A stretch of 64,000 nucleotides of DNA. Source: Raillietiella orientalis (lineage: Eukaryota). Location: assembly GCA_036172245.1 (NCBI GenBank), contig JAYWIR010000080.1, forward strand, positions 62,001 to 126,000. The letters run 5' to 3'. The notes under the pieces are model-generated. The model was not told where the DNA came from, did no database searches, and worked only from the letters and a program-made list of their open reading frames with translations. The translations under genes were made by a program, and so were the position numbers. This document shows, in pieces, positions 1-28,000 of the stretch; positions within the stretch are counted from its first letter, which is position 1; every line of letters begins with the position of its first letter.

Positions 1-871
1 TTGGAAAAAAGAAAGAAAGAAAGATTCTGCTCAGTAAGACCAATGCGTACGTAAAGCTGAGAACCAGTTTTGCGTTGCAAATACAAGGTCCATCTCAGGA
101 ACTTAGGAGAGAATTCGATCCGACCCAATTCAGAAAGAGAATGAAAAAGAAGATTCCACCAGAAATGGAAAGTTATCCTCTACTTACCACCATGAAAAAT
201 CACGCCATAGACCTAGAAATGATGGAAAAGCGCTCTATCATCTCCGAAACAAGTTGAACTGAGCCACGTGGAAAAGAGAAGTGACCTTATCTGTTTCCAA
301 AGATTAAGACAAATTTCTGGTGAGTCGGAATATTTTTTTTTGCTGTTCTCGTGCTTTCCCATGGAACGTCTAGTGACGAGACAAAAAAAATTCTAGACTT
401 TCCAGAGTTTTTGGACTTTAATCTTTATGATCGGCATCCTCTTCGAGCTTTCTGGATCTTTCTGCTAATCTATTTTGCGAAACGATTGAGAAAACTGAAG
501 ATATCATTAGCCAAGGATCAAGCGGCTGTCTTTTTTTTTTTCCTAAAATGTCAAAATCTAATGGTTTTATAATGACCCATGAAACCAGTTTGGATTACAA
601 CCAGTTTCAAGAATGCGCCACGACCTTCGAACCGGTGTTTCTAAAGAAACGAAGTTAGAGACGATTTTGATCAGAAGGCGCAAATGTTTTTTCTTCCAAG
701 ACAGGATGTACGGCACCGTCCATGTGTGTGGCTGCTCTGAGATAGATGGATCCGAACGCATGCGAGAAGCTCTGCAGGCACGTGGACACGATAAATCTTG
801 CACTGCTCGAAACAGAGAAATACTTCTTCGGGTAATACAGGTTCGTGTACACCTGTACGCTCTTTCGATGA

Positions 872-1143
872 CTGCGTTGGTGGGTGGTATGGCTACGTTA
901 CTTCGAGCGTGATACCAAGCGTTACGGGTTCGAATCCTTCCCGAGGGAGGATTGATGCCGAGAAAACGGGCGCATTGTGGATTTCGAGTCCCCTCCGCCA
1001 GATGACTCTGGTTGACCTTAGAGGCTTCGGGTGCTGCACTGGTTGAAGACGGAAACCGGATGCCTCCGATGAGTGGCGGGGATTAAAAGTTGGCCCTCTG
1101 GTATTCTTCAAGGAATAAAGGAGTCGGTTCTCTTTGGGGTTTT
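872..1143 (+). mobile_element. tRNA-derived SINE-like element, copy 1 (3'-truncated)
   Basis: Starts CTGCGTTGG. Pol III B box GGTTCGAATCC at 927-937 and a second B-box-like GGATTTCGAGTCC at ~979-991. Body (GAGGCTTCGGGTGC...GGAAACCGGATGC...AGGAATAAAGGAGTCGGTTCTCTTTGGGG) aligns by eye with the copies at 4631 and 39894. Confidence 0.8.
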
Positions 1144-4100
1144 AGAAGATCCGTAGAGCGTTGCGTTTATGTGCAAGATCAATCCTATCGTTTAGCATGC
1201 AGTAATTCCAGTAGCAACTGCCGAACCTGTTGCGTTCATTTGGGATCAAACGTGCGCCCTTGTCTGAGTCAAGGATGGCACATGTGGTGGATGGCATTTT
1301 GCTCCTGACGGTAGGGAAACAGCTAGAGTAAGGAAGGAGATTGTAGCGCTTCAAGCACTTCGGAACAGGGACAGTTTTTCGGGAGGGATTTCAATGATTC
1401 GGAGTCCTGAAGTTGTCACGGATGCGCGCGTTTTTTTAGGGCCTGGGTCTTCCAAATGAAGTGGACTTTCATTGTGTTGGGTGGAGATCTTCAATCTCGG
1501 TATCCTGGTGCAACTCGTGGTGGCACGAGCAATGCCACCGGGAATACAGGCGTCAGTGACCCGAACACTGGAAATTAAAAGACGAGAGAAAATGGGAAAG
1601 GAAACCACGTGGCTGCTTCACTGCGTCCGTGGGAACTATCCAGACTTCGATTCTTGGCGTGCAAGAGATTTCAGTCTCCCCGCGAAATCAGCGATGCATC
1701 TACTCGGCTCAAAATCGGTTACGAAATGCCAAATTTGGAAGATTGTGCATCCTCGCTTTCTTTCTAGAAATCTGTTTGCTCTCTAAAAAGGCTACCTGGA
1801 ATGAAGCACCCAAGCACGTATAGCTCCATGGTAACTTGTCAACTCACCTACATCACGTTCATTCGATCAAACGAGCTTTCCTCATGATTGAAATAAACAA
1901 GAAGTTGGAAGATGGAATAAGCCTACGAGAAATAGGTGTAATAGGTGTAAACATCTTGTTTGCAGTTTGCACGAAATGTCAGTGTTCATTCTTTTCACGG
2001 CCGGTTTTGAATGATCAGATGGAACCGAAAAGCACAACTGATCACAAAGGGATGTTTGGCGAACTAAGAGCCAACTGACGACTCTGATACATTGGGGCCG
2101 GCGACAGATCTCGGACTGTACAGCAGCGAGCCGTGCCAATCCTCACGGGTCGTTTGGTGCGCGCGCACGAGCTCACCGGAGTGTTGCGCAATGTTTGCGG
2201 CACGCGTTTCCGGAATTCCCGTGACTGGTTCCGACGGCTGCAGATTTGAAAATTTCGATTTAAGCAATCAATGGCTTTAGATAACTTGCCTTTCTTCCTC
2301 GTTTTAGGTTTGTGCATTACATCCTGTGCTTCCTCTTACTGCTACGAGAAGCCGCAGCCACATATCCAGGTAAGGTTCATCTTTGCAAGTTTTCCACAGT
2401 GGTCGAACCAGTAGGAATTTTGCTTGCAAGAAGGAAACTGCAGGCTAGCTAGCTATCCCAATTTTTTTTCCCACCCCCCTCCAACAAAAAAACGGGATGG
2501 AGGGTAGCAGACGCGATGGATGTAAGTGCATGTGTGAAAGAGAAGACATCATCTTCAGCAAGCGAAACAGTATCGGAACTGGAAAGAAAGAAAGAAAAAA
2601 GCAATTACAACGTCTTCTCCAGATAGTAACCTTCTTCCTTATTATCACGAGTGGATCTAGGAAGAGATTCAATAATCAGTGCGTGTTGCTGGAATTGGTG
2701 CCTCGGCATCTTTCGAAGTAGCGTGATTAAAAGAATTAACCACCCCTCTCATCAAATAGGAGCAACAACAGCGAAAACAATGGTGATAAACTTCCCGCAG
2801 CAGCATCAGTAAATGCTGACAGCCACAAAACTTGCAGTTGGTACCACATGGGTGCCAACTGCAACCTTGGACAACCTAACCCCCAGCAGAACATGAACCC
2901 CAGATCGAACCTAATGAAAACAAAATCGTCAGTGATAATGGGTAGACTTCACATGTCAGGGAGACATGGAAAACTCTAGCAGTACCATGCTTGAGACTCC
3001 AAAGTTGAAATAATAGTGCCCGAAGGGATTCCATAGTCGCTCCAAAGCTCTCACGATCTGCAAATCGCTCATGCAGAGCTGTACGTCGATATGCAAGTAA
3101 ACAACAGCTTCTGCAAGAACAAACGCTTCGAAGTTGCACACATCTCGTATCTATGCGTTTCTTAGAGCGCATCATCTGTGCTGGACAAGATGGAATTCGG
3201 GAACTGGACTCCACAACAAAGGATGGATGCCATTTGGTTCCGAAGTTTAACTGCGTCCTGCTCGCGTCTCCAGCCGCTTTCCACGAATAACGGCAAACAC
3301 ACCTTTGCCTGAAACACCGGCTCGCTCTGTTGATTTCCGCCGCTCACGTGTTCCGGCAGTGCGAACATCGGGAACACACCTTCGCGGTGCGTACGCAAGT
3401 CGGCGACGGCTTGCACACGACCCAACGCAACCGCCGCTGTTTCACATCGCCCCGCAGAGGAATGTCTTCTTCGATGATGTCGGCCTGCTTCAGGGTTCCT
3501 GAGATTCGCCCTGGCTTTGGCTGCTTCGATTCAAGCTCCTGTATCAGGAGCAAGATGGAACAGGACAGAATCACACATCACCGAACATGCAGCTTTCGAT
3601 CGACTCTGCTGAGCCGAAAACTTGGGGTGAAAATGCACTGCCGTCGTCTGACCTGCGGATGTGGCATGCGACTGATCCACTGCCACTGGAGGCTCAGCGC
3701 CGTCAGCACCTTCCTCCGGAGACCTCGGTCAAGTCGAGCGCTGAGGCAAACGAGCCGTTTCTCGTGACTAAAACCTCAAATCATGATTTCTCGTCACTCG
3801 TGAACTCTCCCCCAGGAGTTGCGTCTGTCTTTGGTTTCCGCTCAGGGTGTGCTACAGTACGATAACAGCGCTTAGACATATTTATGTGCAGCATAATTAA
3901 GGATTGCACGTACGGATGTCGGAATGCTTCTAATTCACATCCAACGCCCACCATCATCTGCTCTTTTGTTTTGAGGGGATGTTCTTTGAGTATCGCCTGT
4001 GGATTTTTGCTTTGGTCGCTGCATTTTTCTGTGATGAGAGAGATGCGGGCACGGCTTCACCGAACGATTTCTCCTCATCCAAATTTGGGGCGCACATACT

Positions 4101-4630
4101 TTTTGCTCGAATCCCTGAACTTTGGACCGTTATTTCTTGCTGGTCTAGTGTCCTTTTTCTATTTTTACCGGAAAACGGTTTTTCGGCTCCCCTCATCAGT
4201 GCAGCGCCTTTCTCTTCGTCTGCACAGAAAAAGGGAAGCAACTCGCTTTCCTTCCCACAGATGACTTTCCTCGCAGTGCTTGGAGGACCTCACACAAGAA
4301 GCTCCCAGACCGATGTCAACGTTGCGACTGCTTCTTCGAGGCAGGTGCAGTTCTTTGACGGCTTCCTGCTGTGTAGGTGGCTCTCCCCAGGAATGTATTT
4401 TGCAGATGCGATGTAGATCAGCAGAACAGAAATCCCTACGTTTTACGTCTTCCATTTTGCATCCAGGATATCATTACCTCAGGGTTTTCCCGACGAACAG
4501 TAGGACCATCTCGAAGGACTCATGGGAAGGAAAACGTCTAATTCCTTTATGTAGCATCGCTAAGGGTTTCGCGGGAAAGACATCCCAGAACTTTCGTGGC
4601 TCTGGAAACGGGGAATCTTAGCCACACTAC

Positions 4631-5425
4631 CCGCGTTGGCGGCCGTGTGGCAACGCTTCTCCGCGCGCGGTGTGTACCAAGCATTGCGGGTTCGAATCCC
4701 CACGTGGAGGATCGACGCTCAGAACGGGGAGGCGCCGTGGGTTTGGAGTCCCCCCATGAGGATGACACTGGCTGACCCATGGACTTCGGATGCGCACCGG
4801 TGGAAGCCGGAAATCCCCAGATGCCCCCGTTGTCTGGACGGGATCGAAAACTTCCGGGATCTTCCAGGAATTAAGGGGCGCCGGTTCCCTTCGGGGTTCC
4901 CATCGGGTTGTGAAAATGGAGCGATTCCATGGAGCTCGTTGATACCTTCTAGGGGCAGGTCGCCTCTCCAGAGTGTTAAGAAGCGCGCTGTTCCCTTCGA
5001 GGAGCACTATTCAGGAAAATTTGGAATCTCCCTTCAAGGGTTCTCTTCAGAGGAGGAAACAAGGAACTATTCCCTTAAGAGTCCCTCCGGAGAGAATAAA
5101 GAAGAGGATCCATTCGGGGTTTCCTCCCAAGCGTGAGAGGCACCGGAGGATTCCTTTCTCCGGAGCCTTCCTGGATTCATGGAGTGATAAGAATGTCAGG
5201 AAAGCACCCACGGTCCCCATCCGAGGTCCCATCTGACTTGAAGGGTGAACACGTACCTTCGGGTGACGCGGACAGCGTCAAAGAGCTTCGTGGCCTCTCC
5301 CCTAAGACGGCGAGCGGTTCTTAATCACTTTGCGAACCCCCTTCCCCCCCATCTTCCAAAATAAAAGAGAAAAAGGATGGAAGGAAAACAGCGAAAGCAG
5401 AAGAACTCAAAAGATATCCATCATC
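4631..5425 (+). mobile_element. tRNA-derived SINE-like element, copy 2 (near full length, 4 internal hairpin units)
   Basis: Starts CCGCGTTGGCGG. B box GGTTCGAATCC at 4689-4699. Shares GGTTGTGAAAATGGAG, CCAGAGTGT-AAGAAG and the 3' tail GGAAGGAAA-CAGCGAAA-CAGAAGAAC-CAAAAG with copy 3. Confidence 0.85.
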
Positions 5426-6839
5426 ATCCCTAGTTCCAATAGTAACAATCTCTCCGTGAGGTCGCTACTGATCATTTTTTTTTTTTTTCCAAAAAAAACA
5501 AAAAAACAAGCACCTTCGTGATTGTTAATGAGAATCAGTGACTACCCTCTTTCCTTCATGCTTGCTGATCGGCAGTCACATGAAGAAAGAGGAAGCAAGC
5601 AGAGGAAGACCAAAAGTATCCGCGTCTGCTTGCAGCTATCAGTTTCCAGCCCTTTCTCGGAAGCTCGCCTCATCATCCAGGTAGTCGCAATACAGAGGAA
5701 AGCAACCAGCGTACGGGAAAATAGGCGTATGGCTTTGCTCCATGTTCAGAGCTTCGCGGATTTTTCACCTCGCGTCCCTACGATTCCTGGATATCCACAC
5801 CGCTTGCTGGGAGGCTATCCCGAATGAAGGAAGCCTTCTTTCAGTTCAGGTGTCCGGTGCCCAGCTGCTGAAGTGCAGCGAGAATTCATTTTTCTCTGAC
5901 ACTGCCCCGCTCCTCCCTCATTCCAACTTTCGTTTCCCGCTGGTGCTTTCCTGTAGCAAATGCAGAATGCGAGCCTAAGCCATTTTCATTTCGTCATGTG
6001 TCCTTGGTCGGCGGGTGCTTCTGCCTGTACGGTACGCTTTTGCTGACGGACTTTTCGATGCAGGTCCTCGGCGAAAACGGAAACGCTACCTGCAGTCTAA
6101 ATGAATTCTAATTTACATGTTGATTACCTTGCTGCAAGAATTTTCCTCCGAGTTTTCTGCAGGAGCTCACGAAAAAAGGAAAAAGACTTGAGAGCGCATG
6201 ATGGTTTCGCATCGACATTTCCTCCCGCTGCACGAGCATAATTTACTTTTTGCTGAAAGCTCCAAGGAATGTCTTGAGCATCCATTTCCACCCAGGTCCT
6301 CTGATTTCTGGCCCATCCGAGGAAGGATGTTTCTTCTCGGGCAACGCGTCTCAAAGTCTCAGGAAGTCATGGCTCTGGGGTGTCGATTATTCTCGAGGAG
6401 AAGGGATGGTGGATTCGAGTCTGTTTCGTTTCGCAAACAGGTGTGAGCAACTCCTATGTGAATTGCGAACTCTTCACCACAGTAAAACTCCATTGGCCCG
6501 ACAGAAATGAGACGCAGTTTCCGTGCATACATTCGTGATGTCTGATGCCTAGAATCGTGTCCTTCAGGCATGATGATTGCTTTTAAGAAAGCAACGAAGA
6601 CAAAGCTTTGCTTATCCTCGACCAACAGAAGCAAAGCTTTCCTATGATCAGAGTGGGCCACCAACTCTCAATTGTTCTCACCTGAGGAAAAACGAATGAT
6701 GAGCCTGGGTCTAAGCACCCACAAATATAGGCACGGAATATTCCATCTTAATCGGGATGCACATGAGCGGTAGGTTTTTACGTAGTCATATCTAAACTTT
6801 GGAACCAACGTATCGATAAAGTTGCTTTTTATCGTTTCC

Positions 6840-7350
6840 CGAAAGACAGACTGCGGCATCCGTTTTGGAAGAGGGGAGACATTCATTCCGCAAATTTCAT
6901 TTTGTCTTACGTTTGTATACTGGTACATGCGAAGATGGACCCAGACGTGTTCACTACTACCACTTGAATGAATCTTCAGGGTCTCGCCAAGTGCACTATA
7001 AAGCACTAACTGCCTCTACTAACTGCGCCAAATGAACATTTTCATTTCCTTTAAGAAAGAATTTGAAGAAAAATTGCTTTCAAAGATTCCTCAAGTGGAT
7101 TACAACTTGCCTACGTCCACGACTCGTATGATTCTTCCTTTGTGCTGTCATGCAGTATCTGTTTTTGATCAGCTCTTCATGACAGTGAAATGGGCAACCC
7201 GAAAGCAACAAGAATGGGATGCTGATAAAATGAATGAATGGATACAGCCTTCTCAGAAGGAAATAGAGCAGAAAGTTGTGCAATAGCTGTGCGAAAACCT
7301 TTGTGGTCCCCGAAGTTGCGCAATGGCCAGAATGCCTGCTTTCTGCTACG
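6840..7350 (+). pseudogene. possible decayed BTB/BACK-domain gene relic
   Basis: Frame-broken peptides 'FRKFHFVLRLYTG' (BTB-like F..LL..YTG) and 'NLPTSTTRMILPLCCHAVSVFDQLFMTVKWATRKQQEW' (BACK-like), with stops and frameshifts. Motif resemblance only. Confidence 0.3.
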
Positions 7351-9078
7351 ACGGTCGGAATCGATCTCGGAACTCGCCCTTCAAGTGCCCAAGTTTTGGG
7401 GGATCGAAGCGAAGGATAGTTCAAGAGACTACCACCTCATCTGAGGAAGAATTGTCGCGATTGGCTCCCAATCAGGAATCAAGTGACAGACCTGACGACT
7501 GATGGCAGTCCACTTCTCGAAGAAGCGCTTACGACTTTAGGAGCAACATGCAGAAGGATGTGGAAGACGATTTTCGAATCATGACAAACGAGGGCGAGAC
7601 AGAAAACTGGGATTCCATTGAGGGGGAGGGGTCGAAACTAAATCTTGATCTTCCGTTTAATTTTCCTTCTAAGAGGGCTGTATCTGTTCACCTATTTTGT
7701 CGCCATTCCATTCTAGCTGTTTTCCGGTTGCTCGTTTCACTACCATGAAGAGCGGACCATGGAACGTTCCAGAATGCGTAGCGATTCTTCTGGTGTTTAT
7801 ATCAGGTGTTTACGGGAGTTCCAATACTCTGTTCACTACAAACTGTTGGCGCATTCACGCTTACATTTTTGAGGATTCTTTTGATACCCCCAAAGGATGA
7901 TGTTTGTAGCAGGTCACAGGATTTTTTTTTTTTCCTGTAATACTTGAAGCTCTTTGGAACGCCTCGGACAGGCTCGGAAGCGAAGCAAATCGTCAGGAGA
8001 GAGGGGAAGGAAAGAGAAGCGCTCACGCTCCTGCCCTCCAAGATGGCAAAGCGGCGAGCTCTTTGGGAAGACGAAAGATCCCGCGCTCGAACCCCGGAAG
8101 CGGTTTCCTCCTGGTGCTCGCGCTGCCGTCCAGAGCCACTTCCGCTGGAGGTTACCAGTGTGACCTCTCGACGATAGTGCCGCGTGCTGCTGCGCATCTT
8201 CCTTCAAAAAGAGGTCCATGCCGCTCGAGTTGAAGAGGCAGCTCAGAAGCGGAAACAGGGAAAAGGTGAGGAGGGAAAATCTCCGCAAGCTGCCGGATGA
8301 TCGCAGGAGAGAACCGGGAGGGATGCTGACTGCGAGGGAAGGAAGGCTTTCGTTGGCCGGGAAGCAGATCGCGAAAGACACGCTAGAAGGGCAGTAAAGG
8401 AAGAGGAGGGACCAACTCCGAGTAGGAGCGCAGAGAGATGGATGGGAGGCGGCTGCGAGCGACGGAACTTCACGAGGTTTACGGAGGGTCACCTTCGGGG
8501 AAACACACAGTTCTGGGGGAGATGTTTCACATGCCCCCGAGGGCTTCCACGAGACCGTGGCGGAGCAGGACACGAAGGGTCGAGAGGAAAGGGTGGAGTC
8601 TCATCCCTTCTGACTCCTGAGAGGCACAGTATCTCGTCAAGGGGGGCAGGGCAGCGTAATTCCTCTGGTACTGAATCTCCGAGGTAGGAGACTGCCTCCC
8701 TGGGGTCTGGGACCACCTAATCGTCTGAGACCCACCGTGCGGATGCCACGGGTCCCCTCCGCTTCCCTCGTGGGCAGGTCGGTCCGTCGGAGCAGGCGGC
8801 ATGATGCTTCCCTGCCGTCTTCCTCTTCTGATCTCCCGGATCTGGCGGGTTGCTGGTCAGGGAACACAAGAGAGCGAATCGGAGGGCGGTCCTCCCCTCT
8901 CTCCCCAAGTGCTCTCGAAAAAAAGTCTAAGGGTCTCCCTGGCCTGGGGACGAGGGTGGTTGCGGCATCGGGGGAGGTAAATAACGGCGCAACACTCCCC
9001 GGCGACGGAGACTTCCCCGGGATTGACGTCACGAGGGCGGCAGCAGCTGCTCCCACTGAGGATCCCCATCCTTTCCAG

Positions 9079-25002
<15,924 letters not shown>

Positions 25003-28000
25003 CCCGTGCTAAGGACTCCTTGATGGTAGTGCAGTAAACCGTGGCTTTTCCTCCACTTTCTGGGAGCAGTCGATCAGCGATTCCCTGGCTCGAGAGAACG
25101 ACGCAGGGAAGGGGAGGGGAGAAAGTCGGGGAACGCCTCCTCTCGGCATGGGCACTCCACCCCAGAGGAAGGGCAACTCCTTGCTTCCCACTCGCCGCGA
25201 TCCTCTAGGAGCGCTTCCTTCCCGAATACCTGAGGCACTCGGACGAGATCTCGCTCGCGACCGGGAGCTCGGGAGCGCTTGACCGCCATCCTCCCGGTGG
25301 TACAGCTCTCTGGTGCCCAGTGCTCGCAGGACAAGCATTCTTAGGGAGAGATCTTTCCCCCTGCTCGATCCTCCCTGCGAGGACGAAGGAGAAAAATTGT
25401 CGAGGAGGACCAGGGGGGGGGGGGGAAGGGGAGGAGTAACAGAAGCGACTTCTTCGGATTTCTCGGTTTCTGGCCTCTGATGACACTGCATCAACTCCTC
25501 CTTTGAATCAGCTTATCAGGTCGGGGCTCTCTGGGGGATTCCCGGATAGAAGCTGGGATTCTCCAGACAGCTTGACCGATACTTTTTGGCACCCCTCCAC
25601 AGCATCTTCTGGGTCGCGCGCTGCGTCTGAAAAAGAGTAGGCGGCGGGCTGTCTGGATGCTCTTCGACGTCCAGGAAATCAAATGAAATAAACCGCGCGT
25701 GCGCCCTTCATGCGCGCCCGCTCGAGCAGTCTCCTTCCATCCGAAGCGGGAGGGGAGGGGCGGATACCGGCTGCTCCGTCCTCCTGCCGCGTGAGAGCTG
25801 CGAGCCAACCTGCTGCAAGGGTGCGCCACACACACACACTCCACGTGACACTATGTTCTTCCTCTTAGTAGGTTTCTTAGGAGTGACCGCGCAGATCACG
25901 TGCTCGTCCTCGAAAGCGCGGTCTTCCCCGCTCCCCTTCCGCACTCGTCTCTACACGCGTCCCTGCGGGGAGGAGCACTCCGAGCGATCTCCTTCCTAAG
26001 GACGCGGCGCTCTCGGAACGCCGGGAAGAGACGCGGACTTTCGACCCGGGTCGGAGGGCAGCTGGGAAACCCGCGCTTCTACGCCACGGACACGGCGAGA
26101 TCAACGAATGACCCACTCGGCTGACCTTCGCTTTCCTGAGGGAAGGTGAGATAAAGGTGCTGAGACTTCGCTTTCCCGGAAGGGGTATCTCGGCCACGAC
26201 GTAAGGCATCAGCTTCCCAGCATCTCCTTCCACGTAGCCATCCTCTCGATACAGAGCCTCGACGAAGGTGAGGATGGAACGAATCATTCGACTCCGGCAT
26301 CCTCCTTGGATTCCGCACCTGTTCTCAGGCAACCTCCCTTGCCACGGCAACAACTGGCGTTGGAGAGCTTCCGCATGACATCCCTGTGGGAACACTGGGA
26401 TACAAGGAATCTGCATGCTTTGGTAACTTCCGTTGTCTCCATCGCGAAGCACCGTCCGCCCGAACGCCCCACCCCGCCCACGAACATCATCCAATCCTGT
26501 GATTTTCGGCCCGCTTTCATTCCGGATGGGAGCAGTCTCGCACAGAAGATCAAGGATCTCTGATACGGCTGCAGCCGTTCCCCAAGAGGTTGCGGTGTTC
26601 TGGAAGCTTGCGAGATCCCGGATCTCGGAAGGAAATTTATTTTGCTCCTCCAGCCTTCGTCGTCATCGAGAGATGGCTCTCCTTTCTATGAACTCGAAAT
26701 AAGGATGCTCCACGGGCACCTCGGGCGCCATCTATCCCACAGCAGGATCCACTTATCTTCTCGGTTCCTCCACTCCGATGTCCCGCGTTCCCACTTTCGC
26801 TTCTGGAGGTTCAAAGCGCCTGCCGCCTTACGGAGGCACGATAGTGGTAAAGCAGGGTAGAAGAGGACGTCTCAGTACGCCGGTTCCCAATGCGGGACCG
26901 AATTGGCCGATTCCCGGGGTCACTGCAGTGATCGCAACTCAACAGGCTGTCGCCATTTTTGACAACTCAAATCTCGACGTCCTGATTATTGCGATTGGCG
27001 TCGTGGTAATTGGCGGAGTTGAGTTCGACCGACAGGAATCTGTGACTGGCTCCAGCTTACGGAGGTACGAGGTACATTGGCACCTGCTTCCTGTTTGGCA
27101 CTGCACAGAGGGTCTTCCTCTCCTTGCTTTCTCTCCAAAACACACAGACCCCCCGCACGGAAGGAGATCATGCATGCCTCCCCATCTTTTCGGAAGGAGT
27201 CTCCGAATCCATGAGCTCGCTGGCATCCAGGAGAGGCAGAATGTGCTCTCGTCAGTCGGTATTTCATCAGGCTCAGCTTCCTCGGCAACCAGAGCACCTA
27301 GCTTGCTGATTCCTCTTCCCTCAAATCCCTAATCAGTAAGAATGCGATTGAGGAAAAGAAAGGCACGGTGCTGAAGCCAGAATTTTTTTTTTCCATCTCA
27401 GCGCATTTCTCGATTTCCTTTCCCTGCCCGTCTTAGATGTCGTCCAGGGAACAAGTCCTAAACATCCTAGAATCACTTCGAGATTGTGTTGAATCTCCCT
27501 CTTCAACCACAGAGTCGTTCACTCCTTTCATCTTTTTCAATGCAATCCTGGAAGAAGAAAATCTCATGCGGTACAGAAAATGGCTGTCACTCTTTGGGGG
27601 AAAGTGACCTCAGCCTATTTTCGAACTTTAGGTGGATGGGAGCCCGGCTTACTCAAGCGTCGAAGCTCAGTGTCAGACTCTTGAGCGCTGACCGAACCCA
27701 TTTTGTTAGGCAGAACTGGTGCTCAGGGATGAATCAAAAGTTGGGTTACGGAGCGTGCAATGTGACGCCTTTCGGATCCCCATGGAAAGCGCTGGTTGTT
27801 ATGGACATCTAGGACTGTCACAACGGGATTCAGATTCCGCTATGAAGGGTCGGAACGACTCACTTGCCGAAGCAACCGGCTCTGAAGGTGGGTCGCTTCC
27901 TGACTCCGGGGCAGAGCCTTCCGATAGAAAAGGCTCTACTCCCGTGTCGGAGGATGGCAGGTCCACCAAGCGGGAGGAGGATCGGAGTGGTGCGTACAGA

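Noticed and set aside
4631..4710. Functional tRNA genes at the GGTTCGAATCC boxes
   Set aside because: No convincing cloverleaf or acceptor stem and no oligo-T terminator; similarity between copies extends hundreds of bases beyond the head, as in SINEs.
26660..27050. Minus-strand peptides 'MAPEVPVEHPYF' (kinase-like) and 'NGDSLLSCDHC' (PHD-like)
   Set aside because: Too short, interrupted by stops and lacking the other family motifs; could be chance.
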